The notes: generated by a model not told the origin, from the letters alone. A stretch of DNA of 59,562 nucleotides, filler included, from Dugesia japonica (GCA_001938525.1; 5 parts of 5 records of this genome joined end to end with filler, not necessarily neighbours in it); one strand, 5' to 3'; counted from the whole stretch's first letter, positions 1 through 14,510 are shown. A program made the numbers and translations.

Positions 1-300
1 AGTTCCATCATCGATGTACTGTGTTCCCAAAGATCACAAAGAAATAATGAAAGGAAAACCTATTGTAAACGCTTGTCGTTCTTCCTGTTCGACAATTCTG
101 GACGTTTTTTCCCAACCATCTACTTCAATTTGAGCGCAATACTTTATTGCATTGATAGTTTGACCACTTTGAAGCAGCACGTAATAAAGAATGCCTTTCC
201 AATCTCACCACATGCATAGCATCACCTTCTCGGAAGCAAATCAAATTTTGCCCCTGATATGATGTTTTTCCTGGTCCCATGATCTAGGTAAATGCATTGA
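1..300 (-). pseudogene. Mariner transposase fragment (catalytic domain), degenerate
   Basis: Minus-strand translation gives KVMLCMW*DWKGILYYVLLQSGQTINAIKYCAQ...PELSNRK, matching the mariner KVxLCxWWDWKGIIYYELL...RPEL block; contains stops and indels. Confidence 0.7.
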
Positions 301-1890
301 AAATTTTTTTTTACAATTTCAAAGCAATCAAACTGCTTTATCTGTGCTAAAGCGAATCGACTTCAGTTATCATTCAATCTTTAGACAAGTTTTAAAAGTT
401 TTTCTCTTAGAGAGGTTTAAAATTAGTACTATTTCATGAAGGACCCAAGTTAACGTTAGAAACCAGGGATCTCAAATTCAAATTATCTTGCAGGCCATTT
501 TAGATGAAATGCGTTAGTTAGCTGGCCGAACGAAGACTGAAATTTTGTGTTACTGTATACAACTCTTCTAGTAATAGTCTTACTAATTAAATACATTATA
601 TTATATCGTATTTGTTATCAAATATTACAAAGATAATTTATTTTAGAATAAATTAATCATTTTTATCAATTCTTTACTAGTGTCAGTGAAGTAATTCGGG
701 GTACTTGTTTGAGATCNNNNNNNNNNNNNNNNNNNNNNNNNNNNNNNNNNNNNNNNNNNNNNNNNNNNNNNNNNNNNNNNNNNNNNNNNNNNNNNNNNNN
801 NNNNNNNNNNNNNNNNNNNNNNNNNNNNNNAATAGACACAAAATGTTAGTACTGGACCAGCAATTCAACTTTTATAATTATTATGATTATTATTATTATA
901 TAATTATTATTATTATGAAATTATTATAAAAATATTGAAAATTAAAAATTGGCCATAGAAGATCCTAATTTTGTGACACAAAAGTAAAATATATCGATAA
1001 AAAGGAAATGAAAAATTAAGTTATAAAAATAATATACCATAATACAATATTATATTAGAAGGGTCTCTAGGACCAGTTTTATTTATTATAAATAACGGAA
1101 TTTTCCGTTTAATATTATTATACAGTTAATTAACTCTGGTCCAGTCATGAGTCAAAGTCTGATTAGGGTGAAATAAAATTCAGAATTAGTAACAAAACAA
1201 GTTACTCACCCTAATATAGAATAAGACTTCACATAGTAACCAGTCGAGTCACACGAGGTGACTAACAAAATAAAAGTCAGTACAAAAAGAGAGGGTGCAA
1301 AGCAAGAAGAGGAAGAGTGACACATCGAGAAAACAAGAGCTTGCCTCCAATCAGTGGCGGTAAAATCAGAATATCCCGTTCTGATTGCCTGGCTAACCAG
1401 CAGCTCATTTTTCCTGTACGCCAGTAGCAATAAAACTAGGCTACTCGAAGAGAAAATTGCATAATTTTAAAACCTAAATTTCTAAAAAAAATATAATTGC
1501 TCAAACACAATCGCTCCCGTAATAGTGCCAATTTCTTATTCGCATTATTGATTGCATCTCTTAAATCTTTTACCTCCTTTCACCATTTTATTGTTTCGGT
1601 GCATAACGTCTGCTTCTCAGCCAATTACTCTTCTGACTATGGTTTAGACTTTATTGTAGACATTCTATGCAATAAACAATTTATAAAATTCATGTGTCAA
1701 TTTAACTTGCAATTATATGATGGTTGTTATTAGAAATTATTGTCGAGTGCCGAAGTTAATCTTACTGTCTCATGAAAACTAATTTACTCATTAAATTCAT
1801 TGATTTTATTATAGTTAAGTATTTTCTTTAAATAAATTATTATCAATTCTAGTAATTTTAGCTAAAAAATATATTATATTATCCACAAAA

Positions 1891-2369
1891 TCACAAAGTT
1901 GTTTCTAGAGTGTCTTCTTCTTCCAATAGCTCTAGATGTGCGGTGAGTACCGGAAACGCTTGTTCTATGTGTTGGTATATTCTCTAGCTGGCTTGATTGT
2001 ACGTTAATAAATTATTCTCCAGTACAGTGTGTCGCTACGCGATCTGTGGTGCCCGTCTCAGATGTTCCAACGTTCTGGACAGTAAATCTGCCAGCGCTGA
2101 ATTTTGTTGTTGCCGTTCATACTCCTGCTGTTCGAGATGCTTTCCAGTTGCTCGATGTGCTACCGCAATTAGACTATTTCCTCTCTTTGCTACTTGATTT
2201 CCAAATTTTGCAGTCTTAATTTATCCTCGTATGACCACCACGGATCTAGGTTAGATCCGAGGTCAGTAAACGAATCATATAGATTCGGCATTCAATTTGG
2301 AGGAGGGGATGTAAAGCTCCATCCTTGCAGATACTTCATAACTTCTTGCATCGATATCTCTCTTGACAT
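1891..2369 (-). pseudogene. Orphan coiled-coil-like protein pseudogene, homologous to 51860-52144
   Basis: GC-richer island translating to MSREISMQEVMKYLQGWSFTSPPPN*MPNLYDSF...PWWSYEDKLRL..., with four in-frame stops and one frameshift near 2178; aligns by eye with the reading frame starting at 52144. Confidence 0.5.
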
Positions 2370-2456
2370 CTAAATCACAATAACTCATCTTTGTTATCAA
2401 TTATATCTGATTTTCATTTATTCTGGATTTTGATTAATGTTTTTTATAATCAATAC

Positions 2457-2960
2457 TAGTGCATCCAATACCGGCTATATTTTTAATTCCGGTATTTCGG
2501 TACTGAAAAATTCCAATACCGATAATACCGGTATTGAAACTTAAAAAATTACAGCATCGTTAATATCTCAAATAAATAGTAACAATTTACAGTGATTCGA
2601 TAAACTTTTTTATTTTATATAAACATTACAGATTTTATTTAATTTTGTGCTTTTTTCTCCTTTGTAAAATATGCTCGTAAGAAACAAAGGTCATTCAGAG
2701 TGTCATCCTCAAGAGATGATCGTAATTTGGTGACAATTTGCAACTTGCAGAAAAATCACGCTCCGATTCAACCCTTGTTGGCTTTACAGTTTTCAAGTAT
2801 TCGTAGGAGTTTTAAAAATATGTTCCAAGAGTTCCTCCTTCTTCAAAAACTGCAATCTCCTCGCGGATTGATTTTGATAAATCTTTTGAAACGTTCAATC
2901 TTCCATTATTTTTACACTTCATATTATTCAAAATTGCCATGTCAAGTTTTTATTTCAATG
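2457..2960 (-). mobile_element. hAT transposon 3' end (dimerisation-domain remnant plus terminus)
   Basis: Minus strand reads ...VESER...QIVTKLRSSLEDDTLNDLCFLRAYF. The terminus TAGTGCATCCAATACCG and multiple ATACCG/CGGTAT subterminal repeats resemble the hAT end at 12760-12845. Confidence 0.7.
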
Positions 2961-5048
2961 ACAAGTTTGCAGTACTGTCAACAGAATCGCTATCAGATGA
3001 AACGCTCGTCGAATAGAGAGGCTAGCTTGCTTGCTGGTTGAACCGCTCATTCAATCNNNNNNNNNNNNNNNNNNNNNNNNNNNNNNNNNNNNNNNNNNNN
3101 NNNNNNNNNNNNNNNNNNNNNNNNNNNNNNNNNNNNNNNNNNNNNNNNNNNNTATATGGTTATAACAGTAAAACAGGGGTTAAAATTTCGCTGTGAGAAC
3201 TTAGTATCTTATTGTTCTCAGGGATTTCTACTTCCACCTTCACTATGCGTCTATCATTATTAAACTTGATTTATAGTCACGGAAATCATTTTAATACATT
3301 AATTATCAAAATTGTCTAAGATTAACACAATATAATTTAGCAAAAGTTTCATTATCCTTATTGATCATTATTAGTATCTGAGTGATTTTCTCATTTTCGT
3401 CGTAAATCTAAATTCAAAATATTAGTAAAAACAATCAAAAAAATTGCATTCAATAAAATCATAATTCAAAGTAAGTTAACCTCGGTTTAATACTTTAGTG
3501 AATCTTAATATTATTACAAGGGTAACAAAACGTGTTATTTCTTTAAGTATGATATAGTATTGTTTTTGTCTTTAAGTGCGATATGAAATAATAAGATCAT
3601 TAACAGCTAGATAATAATTAAACAGAATTATCAAAAGGTTTAAATCTATAATATTAAAATTCAGTTGACAAATACTCGTAAAATTAATTATGGTAAACAA
3701 ATATAAACCACTCTAAGTTATAGTTATCCGTTTATATTAATTAAAATAGAACATCAGAATCCTATGGTTATTAAGTCATATTCAAAACTTATCATTTCTA
3801 AATCTTTAAACACCAGAAACTCGAGTAAACGATAATTAAACAAAAATTCCTTTTCGATAAGAAACACTTTTTCATTTTGGCAACCAATCAACTAATCAAT
3901 AACAATGTTATCACATAAAATTTGAGGCTATCTATTAAATTTATCATCATGTTAAGTGACGTTTATTGTTTTAATGTATAATTATTGAACTAGATTTATG
4001 AAAATAATATATTACCAAAGTATAAAACAATGAAAAGATTCAAATTACATTTGCTAATAGGATTAACATTAATGTATGATAAAGGTAAAAATTAGTTAAA
4101 AATAATTTAATTATCTACGAATATAATTAATTCATTATCACTTTACAGAGACAAATATTAAAATACGAAAATAATGCAAGTACAACAATTATATTCTTAC
4201 GACCATTATATTCTTATGACCAAGAAACATAGATTAAAGAAACACATGGATTCCACGATCATCACAAACAGCATTTAATTTGATCTTTGATATGAATTAA
4301 TTCTCATCATCTTAAACATAAACAGATGGTATTTCTCAATTATCTTTCGTCATCTCTAATTTGAAAATCTTTTATTTTAACATTTGATGGNAAGCCGGTG
4401 GATGATCTCGGAATCGTAAACATTACTTATCGGAAATTACTTTTCTAGTTCGAGTGATTTCTGGTTGATTCTCAGTATAATTTCTCTTCTTTTTTGATTT
4501 ATCATAATTTCGGATAGGAAGTGAGTTTTATAAAATATATTGATAATATGCTGCAATATGCTTATAATAAATGATATACGTATACACACATATTCAGCAT
4601 TGGCATAAACTCAAATAAGTTTTACTTTTATATGCTTTTAAAATTGTAGTGGGCTTCGTTGCTCACTGCAAGCACGCACCAAAACCATTGAATTGAAGAC
4701 AAATTTTTTAATATATTTTCATAGCACTCATTCATATTGTGCATCCTCAGTATCTTTTTTTTGCAACAAAATATAGTATTGTTTTTGTCTGCTGATTTGA
4801 CTCATAGACGTTTTATTTTTTCTTCAAATTTAAAATGTCACCCTGGTGATCTTTGTAATTATAAATTAAAATATTATCACTTTAGGTAATGATATAACTA
4901 CCAATTTGAACTCATAACAATACTATCTCATGATCATTAATAACGAATATAAATAATACCATAACTATTCACAGTTTGATTTAATGCTCTTAATAGTGAT
5001 AATAATTATAATATTTCTAATTAATTATACATTACAATAATAGACATG

Positions 5049-5082
<34 letters not shown>

Positions 5083-5182
5083 NNNNNNNNNNNNNNNNNN
5101 NNNNNNNNNNNNNNNNNNNNNNNNNNNNNNNNNNNNNNNNNNNNNNNNNNNNNNNNNNNNNNNNNNNNNNNNNNNNNNNNNN

Positions 5183-5248
<66 letters not shown>

Positions 5249-5295
5249 GTAATTCGATTTAATAATCGTTCTTGATGTAATAATAATAATAATAA
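5049..5295. repeat. (AAT)n microsatellite spanning an N gap
   Basis: Direct AAT tandem run on both sides of the gap. Confidence 0.95.
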
Positions 5296-5814
5296 ATTTA
5301 TTCCGATTAATAATTACACTATTGTTTTAATTACCAATAATAAAATAAATTATAATATTTCCATTTTCATAGATTTTAAATTATAATCATGAAATAGCTA
5401 ATGTACTTTTGTTTTAATCTTTTATATATAACTACATAATTTTCACTTCATTTATTATTTTAATATATTACTACTTTTATAACATTTATAGGGTTATAAA
5501 TAAAATATATAATTTATTGTTTTAATTATCATACCTTCTTGTTCATTTTCACCTTCTTTAATTCTAACCATTTTGTATTTATTATTCTTTTTAATCAATT
5601 TACCATTATTTATTTCTTTTGCTGCTATTAATTGCTTTAGTTTTATTTAAATGCTCATTTGTTATTAATCATGATCTGAACTCTGGTTTTCCTTTATTTT
5701 CCTTTTAATATTTATTTCTTTTAATTCTGTAAATGTATTTCATTAATTAATTTATTTATTTCTTTACTTAAAATAATCAATCCTGTTTCTTGTAATAAAA
5801 ATTACAAAAATATT

Positions 5815-6250
5815 AAGTTTAGTATTTCTATTGATGAATGGACAGCAAAAAAACAATAAGTATTATTTAATTCTAAGGCAATGGAAATCCTAGGGAAGAT
5901 ATAAATAAGTAGTAACTACAATGCAAGAAGTGTTTTAAATTTAGTGAAAGAAAAATGACGTAGGTTTTATAACTTATGGCGCTGTCATTATGATTAAATT
6001 TGATCAACAATTTTGATACAATCACTGGCTTCACCTTGCGATGATGGTGCTATTTTTAAGACAAATTTGACGAAGTTGTTGAATATGATAAAGATGATAA
6101 TTATAAATCAATAGATATATTTGATATAGATTAAGGTGTGTATTAATAGATCACTAACATACATCTTACAACAAGAATTGAGGAAACGATAAACAGATTA
6201 AGAAAAATCGTTAAAATATTTAATTATTCTCCTGCTAGAAACGATAATTC
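5815..6250 (+). pseudogene. Highly degraded hAT transposase remnant
   Basis: Fragments FSISIDEWTA, HWLHLAM and IKQ.RKIVKIFNYSPARND occur in hAT order and parallel the hAT at 11-12 kb. Confidence 0.45.
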
Positions 6251-7379
6251 AAATTAAATGTCTCAATACACACAATATTAATAGATTTATTTATTGATGC
6301 AATTTGGTAAATTTAATTAGTCAACTCAAGTACAAATAAATAAATGGTAAATAATATAAAATTTAGCTAATAAAATATTAAAACCAATCAAGTATAATTT
6401 ATAAAATTATTTCAATTGTAATTATTTAGCAGAATGTTCCATTTGAAATTGATTATGCTTTTTCATATAGTAACCACGCTGTGTAATTGCTATCAAGTTA
6501 CAAAAACGAAAAAATATCAATTGGAATATCGAGTTTATTCAACTGCTGTAACATTCAATTATCAGCTTACTACACCAAATATCGATATACTAATCGATGG
6601 AATATTTAATTTGGAAAATTCTACTTGTGCTTATAAAATAAAATAATATTTTGTAAATTAAAAATTTATCTTTAATTTTCTTTATTAAATGTTTTAATTA
6701 ATAATCGTATTAGTTTATAAATAGTAAAGATGATGGTGAATTATTTTTGCCCATTATGAACAAATTTTATTTATTCATCTTTTTGAAACGTTGAAAAATA
6801 TTTTCACATCACTTAAATAAATATTTTCTTGATAAAAAATCAAAGAATATATTTAAAAATCAAATATTGAAACGGTGCAATTAGTTATTATTTGTCATAT
6901 TCGATAAATTACGCACTTTCTTTTATTGGCATTTAAATTTTTTTATTTTATTTGAAAATCTACATTACTAAATCTGTAATAATCTGTGATCGATTTGTAA
7001 AATTATAAAAATCAATTAAGTTTGTTAGTAGTAGGACTGACCTTTGAAAATAACAATTGGATTTTTGAGATAACATTTATTTGAGTGATAATCAAAATTT
7101 TATTAAAATAAAGAAAAAGCTTCGATCAAAATAAAATGTATTTGTTAAAAAGTTCAAATTTTCGATAATAGTCTTCTTCAGGAACATGTTGGCTTCTTGA
7201 TACATTCAATGCAATAGATCTTTGTTACTAAATTCTTTAGATTTTATTGACATTTTATTGGTTTATTTAATTATGAATTTTAACTTTTATTTTTAAATTT
7301 ACTTTTTAAAACTTTTTATTCGATATTAATTTTTATGTTAGGAATTTTTAAATTTTTTAATTAACAACTATTATATTTA

Positions 7380-7678
7380 AAATTTTTATTGTAATGATTT
7401 TATTTGTTTTGTTAAGTTAATTATCATTATAATTCTTGTAATGATTAAAACGTAACATAAAATTATCAAACTTTAGTGTATTATTAAGTTAATTTCATTA
7501 CAATTTTTATTGTAATGATTTTATTTATCTTGTTAAGTTAATAATCATTATAAATTGTTATTTTAATGATTAAAACTGAACATAAAATTATCAAATATGT
7601 AGTATATTATTAAGTTAATTTCTTTACAATTTTTATTGTAATGATTTAAACTTTACATAATATTATCAACATTTTTAG
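7380..7678. repeat. AT-rich tandem repeat, ~120-bp unit, ~2.5 copies before an N gap
   Basis: TTTTTATTGTAATGATT recurs at ~7383, ~7504 and ~7630, with TTGTTAAGTTAAT and CATAAAATTATCAAA repeated in the first two units. Confidence 0.75.
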
Positions 7679-8144
7679 NNNNNNNNNNNNNNNNNNNNNN
7701 NNNNNNNNNNNNNNNNNNNNNNNNNNNNNNNNNNNNNNNNNNNNNNNNNNNNNNNNNNNNNNNNNNNNNNNNNNNNNNNNNNNNNNNNNNNNNNNNNNNN
7801 NNNNNNNNNNNNNNNNNNNNNNNNNNNNNNNNNNNNNNNNNNNNNNNNNNNNNNNNNNNNNNNNNNNNNNNNNNNNNNNNNNNNNNNNNNNNNNNNNNNN
7901 NNNNNNNNNNNNNNNNTTTAACTTACTGATATTAATGAATGATAAATATATATTTTTAAGTTTTTATTATTTTTTAGTATGATTTTACCTAACATAATAT
8001 ATTTTTTTCGATTTTAATTGTAATTTTATTGATTTAATTATAATTATATGGCAATTTAATGAGTTTTATATTCCTATAGATAAATGCTTACTGTACAAAA
8101 ACTACTGTACTAATACAAGACATAATGTTNACTGCCATAAAATT

Positions 8145-10313
8145 ATGCAGAAATACTATAGTCTTATTTATTATGTGAGAAAATATTTTATATGCCCAGC
8201 ATGCACCTTACTTGGTTTATGTACATATGATGAATTTTATAGGTTGCATGTACATCATTTGACATGTTTTATTGTTGGTAAGAAACAATTACTANNNNNN
8301 NNNNNNNNNNNNNNNNNNNNNNNNNNNNNNNNNNNNNNNNNNNNAAAAAATAAAATTAGATCCAGAAGTGAATGCTATCAAGTTGACGGTTCTCTTAATG
8401 AACCTACTAGGGAAAGAAACCTATTTAAGTGTCATCAAATATTGAAACTTGACGTGTCCAAATTAAATATGAAACAAATAATTTTACCAGATAGTTTAAT
8501 AGATAAACTATTGAAGATAATCGAAGAAATATAGAGTGTTAAAATAAAATTTGGAATACAAATTGAATTTGTCCAGGATGAAGAACTAAAAACATGTAGA
8601 TTGTCGAATAAAGCAGTTCCATTAAGTGATAGGTTTTTCGAAGAAAATATAAATTCATTGAATGAAAAGATAATTATTAGGTCCGAATTAGGAAGTAGTT
8701 GTACATTATCTCGGATCTTAGAAATAAGTTTTAAGATAACAAAAACTAGTGATATAAGTTGGCTTACGGGAAGCAGTTATATTGCTAAACCTAGTAACCT
8801 TGTGAGAAAACAAGCAATAATCAATGTTCAGAACACAGATAATTTATATTTCATCTATAGTGTTCTTTCTGTGCTTAAACACTCTGTAGTTAGAGATAGT
8901 AATAAACACCGAGCAGCGAAATATAAATAATATATAAGGGAACTTATATTCGACGAAAAAGATATGCCAATGAAGTTAATGAATATATCAAAATTTGAAA
9001 AACAAAACCCAGGACTATCCATCAGTATTTTAATGTGAAACCCACAAGCAGTTGAAGACAATGACATTGTAATGAAACATCCGAATCTTGACATAATTCA
9101 TAGATGGAAAATAACCGAGGGAAGAAAAATAAATATGTTACTATTAGAAGATACACAAAAGTATCACTACAGAGCCATAATAAATCTAGACAGGCTTATG
9201 AATAGACACATTAAGAAGAATGGTGTCCGAATACGGTCGACATAGTGCCCTAATTGTCTGAATGAATTCCAAAATAATGCAGCTTTTAAAAACCACGAGT
9301 CTCTTTGTAGTAAATTCCAGACAGTAACTACGTTTTATATAATGCCGATTGATCCTAACTTAGAATTTGCGGACTATTAAAAAACTATAAGTCCTCCATT
9401 CGTCATATACGCTGATTTAGAATCAGTATTATCACCGGATGAAGATTATCATCAAAAACATTTATCTATTACAGCCGGATTTTCTCTAGTTAACAATTAC
9501 ACTAAAGAAACAAAACATCAAGAATTTATCGGAAACGACTGTGTTTTGAAGTTTTTGAAAGAGATTGAGAAAATCAGTAAAAATAGTGTGTATTCATATT
9601 ATATGTTATAATGGAATATAACTCTGGATCAAGAAATTTCTTTTGCTGCTACCAAAACATGTCACTTATGTGATAAATTATTAATAAATCCTGTTAGAGA
9701 CCACGATCATTTTACAGGTAAATATTTTGGTGCAGCATGCAACAGTTGCAATCTAAGCAGAAGAATGAATATGCGATTACCTGTTGTATTCCATCATTTA
9801 AGAGGATATGACATGCACCATATTCTTAAGCATGGACTCTGTCAATTACCATATTGGAACCTCAGCTGTATTCCAACTACAAGCGAGAAATTCTTGTGTC
9901 TTATTGCACATCAAACGAAATCACCTACCATTCGATTTATTTATTCATATCAATTTATCAATTCATCTCAGGATTCAGCTGTTAAAACTGTCAAAACAAC
10001 TCCTTTAACATCACAGGAATTTATCGACAGCAGAATTATAATGACAAAGGGGATTTTACCATAATATCACGCTACCAGTTTACAAGTCTTAGTTAATACA
10101 AAGGAAATGCCACGAAAGTGGGATGGAGTTAGTGATGAAGAACATGAAAAAGCTGTAGCAATGTGGAAAATGTTAAAATTCAAAAACTTACTGGACTATA
10201 TGGTGGTGTACATGAAGTTGGACGTCTTTCCCCTAGCTGACTTTCTTCAGCAATTCCGAGCCAAGTCATTAGCTCACAACCGTTTGGAACCCTCAAATTT
10301 CTTCTGCATTCCA
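8145..10313 (+). pseudogene. Polinton protein-primed DNA polymerase B (pPolB) pseudogene, N-terminal and exonuclease portion
   Basis: Ordered motifs AIINVQNTDN, FEKQNPGLSI, CPNCL..HESLC, PFVIYADLES (ExoI), CHLC..VRDHDHFTGKYFGAACNSCNL, PVVFHHLRGYD (ExoII), KGILP*Y and YMKLDV (ExoIII). Many stops and frameshifts; truncated at the spacer. Confidence 0.85.
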
Positions 10314-10413
10314 NNNNNNNNNNNNNNNNNNNNNNNNNNNNNNNNNNNNNNNNNNNNTTAATTAATTAANNNNNNNNNNNNNNNNNNNNNNNNNNNNNNN
10401 NNNNNNNNNNNNN
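10314..10413. other. Artificial contig spacer (44N-TTAATTAATTAA-44N)
   Basis: Identical 100-nt layout with a six-frame-stop 12-mer occurs four times in the window. Confidence 0.95.
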
Positions 10414-12845
10414 AAAAAGCGCGTTAAAATAGAGTTGAAAATTACTAAACTAATAAAATAGCCACAACGATTACAAGATATTGTGAAATGTGATATACAA
10501 TATAATATAAATATTGGAGAAGGTAAGAAAATTTATAATCAATTTTACAATTAACATAAAAACTAAAAGTATAAATTATTTTAAATACATAAACATTATG
10601 CAATCTTCAGAAATGGAAAATTTACAATTTGTAAAACATACAAAAGACAACGACAAATTTTGTTTTTAAAAGAAAAGAATGGCGGCCACGCAAAATGCAA
10701 AAACTGTTATAAATTAATAAAAACAAGTGGCGGATCTACAAGTGGCCTCCACACCCATATGAAAACCATTCACAATATTAATACTCTTAAGCGTGATNTT
10801 TCTGCTACTAGTACTGACACTGAACCAAGTGTAAAAAGCCTACGTGCAACTATAACGAAATATTTTAAAACAACGAATAGTTCATTCGAGATTTTATTAG
10901 CGAGAATGTGTGCTTTTGATGGTTTACCGTTTAAATTATTAATTACATCAGAAGATCTTCGAAAGGCAATAGAAGCATTACGTATAGGCGAGCTTCCGAA
11001 GTCTGCCAACAGTATTCAAAAAATTATTGTTGTTTACAGTAACCAGATTCGAAATTTATATGTCAAAACGCTTGCAGAACAGAAAGAAAATAAAATTGGA
11101 TTTAGCTTGACATTTGACGAGTGGTGTTCTGTAAAAAACTACCGATGCATAAACATAAGTATTCAGTCAGAAAGTAAAGTATGAAACTTAGGATTAATTA
11201 GAATGTTTGGAAGTGTGTCAGCAACTAAATGTGTAGAAGTTGTAAATACTAAGTTAAAACAATTTGGTATAACCTTTAAAAATGACATTGTATGCATAAC
11301 AACAGCTGTCATGAAGAAAGTTGGCACTCTTATCAGTGCTGACCAACAATTATGTTTTGTTCCCTGCATGCATTTAGCTGTAATAAAATTTTTGTATACA
11401 AAATCAACAGCATCTGGAAATGCAGCTAGTATCAAAAATGAAGTTGAGTTAGAATCATATATAAACTGGGATTCTAATGGTGAATCAGAGGAGAATTTGA
11501 CGATGAAGACATTGAAAATGATAACAGATTAACAATTAAATTACAGCAAAATAATATATTAGAAATAAATCATTTTGAGCTGGCTCCACTTATTAAAAAG
11601 GTGAGAAAAATTGTAAAAATATTTCGTCGTTCGCCAACAAAAAACGATAAAATATTGAAACTTTATGTCAAAGCTGAATTCGGTAAGGAACCGATATTAT
11701 TTTTAGATTCTAAAACACGTTGGAATAGTTTATTTTCAATGTTAGAAAGATTTTATAAGCTAAAGAGTTGTATACAAAAATCTATTATAGATTTAAAATT
11801 AGATTCTTTCAGTGACGAAGAATTTGAAGCAATATATGTAGCTATTTTCGCACTTCAACCAGTAAAACTTGCCGTCGAAGCTTTGTGTCGGAAAGATTCA
11901 AATTTAATTTCAGCAGATACCACTTTTAAGTTTTTATTTGAAGAGCTGAGTAAAATAAATTCAACACTAAGCAATCAACTTTTAATTGCTTTAAAGGAAC
12001 GGATATATGAAAGACAAACAGAACTATCTGGAGTTATGCATTATTTGCATAATGCATTTGAAGAAGAAGTTTCTACTTCAGTTCACTTAAATGTACAATT
12101 TAATTTCCAAAAACTTAGTAAGATCGCTAATATAAAATCTCTAGTAAGTTTAGCAACCAGAATGCAATTATTTAAACAAACATATACACAGCAAATCAAT
12201 GATAACTCTGACACTGATCAAGATGAAGTTGTAGAAATAGATAATCCACGGAATGAATGCGGCAACATCTTGACAATGAAGCAAAAGTTAGACGAAGCCA
12301 TTTCAAAAAGAGTAAATTATGTTATAGCTGGAAAAAACCGCATACATTTCAAGATATTTTCAACCTTATAAAAAAGAGAAATGGCACTATTCGAAGACGA
12401 GGATACTATGGGCATGTATATACAGCAAATTTATGATCTCCTACATACAATACGTCCAACAAGCGCAGAATCGGAGCGAACAATTTTCTGCTGCGGGTCA
12501 AATATCCACTAAAAGCCGTTCTAATTTAAACGATTAAAGCCTAGATGCATTATGCTTTTTAAGAGCATACTTCGGAAGTATTACTTCCAGTCATTAAAAA
12601 AATAATTAAATTAATGAACNNNNNNNNNNNNNNNNNNNNNNTGTTTTTGTTTTAAGAATAAATTGTTTTTATTGATAATATCAATTTGATATTTTAGTTT
12701 AAAATAAATCAAATGGTTTTTTTTCTATATATATGTGGTTTTTCCTTATTTTTTGCTTTCGGTATTGGATACCGGAATCCCGGTATCGGATTTTTCAATA
12801 CCGAAATACCAATATTAATTTTTCTCTTCGGTATTGCACTCCCTA
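10414..12845 (+). mobile_element. hAT DNA transposon (5' end missing, 3' TIR present)
   Basis: Transposase remnant followed by CGGTAT/ATACCG subterminal repeats and the end ...CGGTATTGCACTCCCTA (reverse complement TAGGGAGTGCAATACCG, a hAT-type terminus). Confidence 0.8.
10613..12596 (+). pseudogene. BED-finger hAT transposase, disrupted (ORFs 10660-11184, 11203-11532, 11601-12371)
   Basis: BED finger AKCKNC...STSGLHTHMKTIH, FSLTFDEW, CMHLAV, KTRWNS and a C-terminal PTSAESER...LCFLRAYF dimerisation motif; stops and frameshifts between the pieces. Confidence 0.9.
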
Positions 12846-13714
12846 GTGGACAAATGTCTCCGGGCGCCAAAATGGGGTTTGAAATAATTATATTGTGTAT
12901 TTTTTGTATCGTTTTAATATGATATCTATCAAGATTGTAGGTTTATCACTCTCTTGCAGTCAACTTTTTCTTATGAACTATCAATCTTATTGTGTGAATT
13001 TAATATTGCTAAAACTAGTCTATAAACTACAGATTTCGTAACCTATGACCTGAAACATACATCTTATTTGGATATAGTATTTCGTTTGTATTACTTCTTG
13101 NTTGACTAATCACATGTTTCGTCTGCATTAGTTTCTTTTTAGTCCTTACTTTAATAGCGGTTACATTGGATGACTCTTAATTTCTTAGTGGGGGGCACAA
13201 AATATGAATCTTGTCTCTGGGCGCTAAACACATTAGCTGCGTCTCTGCACCCCCCATAGCAAAAATTCATAACACTGCTTGTATTTTTTTTCGGTTATCA
13301 CTGATTCTTTTAAAAATTTAGGGGCTGATAGGAAAATTTGATGCTAAGGATGGAGGTGGAAGAAATTTTGATTTTTAAAATTTATCTGTGTTTGGAAAGT
13401 TGTGGTGGGTAATTTGAAGTTGGTTTTGTCGAGAAAGTGTGTGTGTAAAAGTAAAATAGAATTCAATTGCACTGTGCAGTTATTGATGTTCACATTTTTG
13501 AGGATTTTATGATATGAGCGTGTCAGGACCAAAATTCTATCTATATATTGTTTAAAGAACTTATGGGGTAGGATGCATGGCTTGGTCTACAAGGGGTGGT
13601 AGCACACTAGCACAGCTGATGAGTTTTCGCGCTTTAAAATTTTGAAGGGGTATAAGTTTGTGGGTAACTGATGGATTAAAAATGATGAATTATGAATTAT
13701 TAATGAATGATTAA

Positions 13715-14510
13715 TTATGATGAATTATTAAAAATGATGTTATATAAAAAATAGATGTATTTTTTGAGCAGAATTGATATTTTGCAAGGGATGGGGCAGT
13801 CTTCATCTTTTGGAGGTTGAGGCTCAGCTGCGGTTTTCAAAATTTTTTCAAGCTTTTCCTTCTTTGTTTTAGCGTTTTGATTTTCAACTATTATTAAGTC
13901 TTGGTCTGGCGAAGTTATCGTTAATTCATTATTATCATCTACTTGGTAAAGTCTTTTTAATAATTGTGTGGCTAATTCTAAAGCCTGTTTAGAAGGTAAA
14001 CATTTTGGATTTTTAAGCGCTTTGAACAAATTTATTAAATGTAAATTTACTCGCTCATTAATTCTCTTCTCCATATTATTTAATAATTCTAACGCTATTT
14101 TACTTTTACAGTTCGAAATTTTGCTTTTCATATACTCCAATGTAATATCAGCTGAATACAGAGTCGTATCAATTTGGCTTAAAACCTCAATTGCTAATTT
14201 GACAGGTTTAAGCGAATTCTGGAAATCTTTGAGCTCGTTAAAATCGATGTGGTCAAGCATGTGTGATAAGTTGAAATTCACCAAAGCTTCCTCGATGAAT
14301 TTTTGTAGTTTAACAAATATAATTATCATATTGGCAAGAGAACTCCAACGAGTTTTACAATCTCTATATAACTCAAGATTGTGGCCCAGTTTAGCTCTGA
14401 CTTTTTCTTGTAATATCCCATTTCTGACAGAAGGCAATCTAAAAAATTTAACTACTTTTCGAATATTCTTAATTATTTCATGGATACAATCGATTTCTTG
14501 AAAACTCTCC
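13715..14510 (-). pseudogene. hAT transposase fragment
   Basis: IRKVVKFFRLPSVRN...DCKTRWSSL...LKPVKLAIEVLS, homologous to ORF 11601-12371. Confidence 0.8.

Noticed and set aside
683-929. Short ORFs made largely of X (also at 28.2-28.5, 31.3-32.1 and 45.3-45.8 kb)
   Set aside because: Open only because they span N gaps.
1891-2369. Stop-codon reassignment suggested by repeated in-frame TAG/TGA
   Set aside because: The same region has a frameshift, and long host and element ORFs translate cleanly with the standard code; ordinary decay is simpler.
13968-14501. Antisense ORFs such as 13968-14501, 35079-35273, 37510-37926 and 10770-11009
   Set aside because: Shadows of real coding sequence on the opposite strand, with no motifs of their own.
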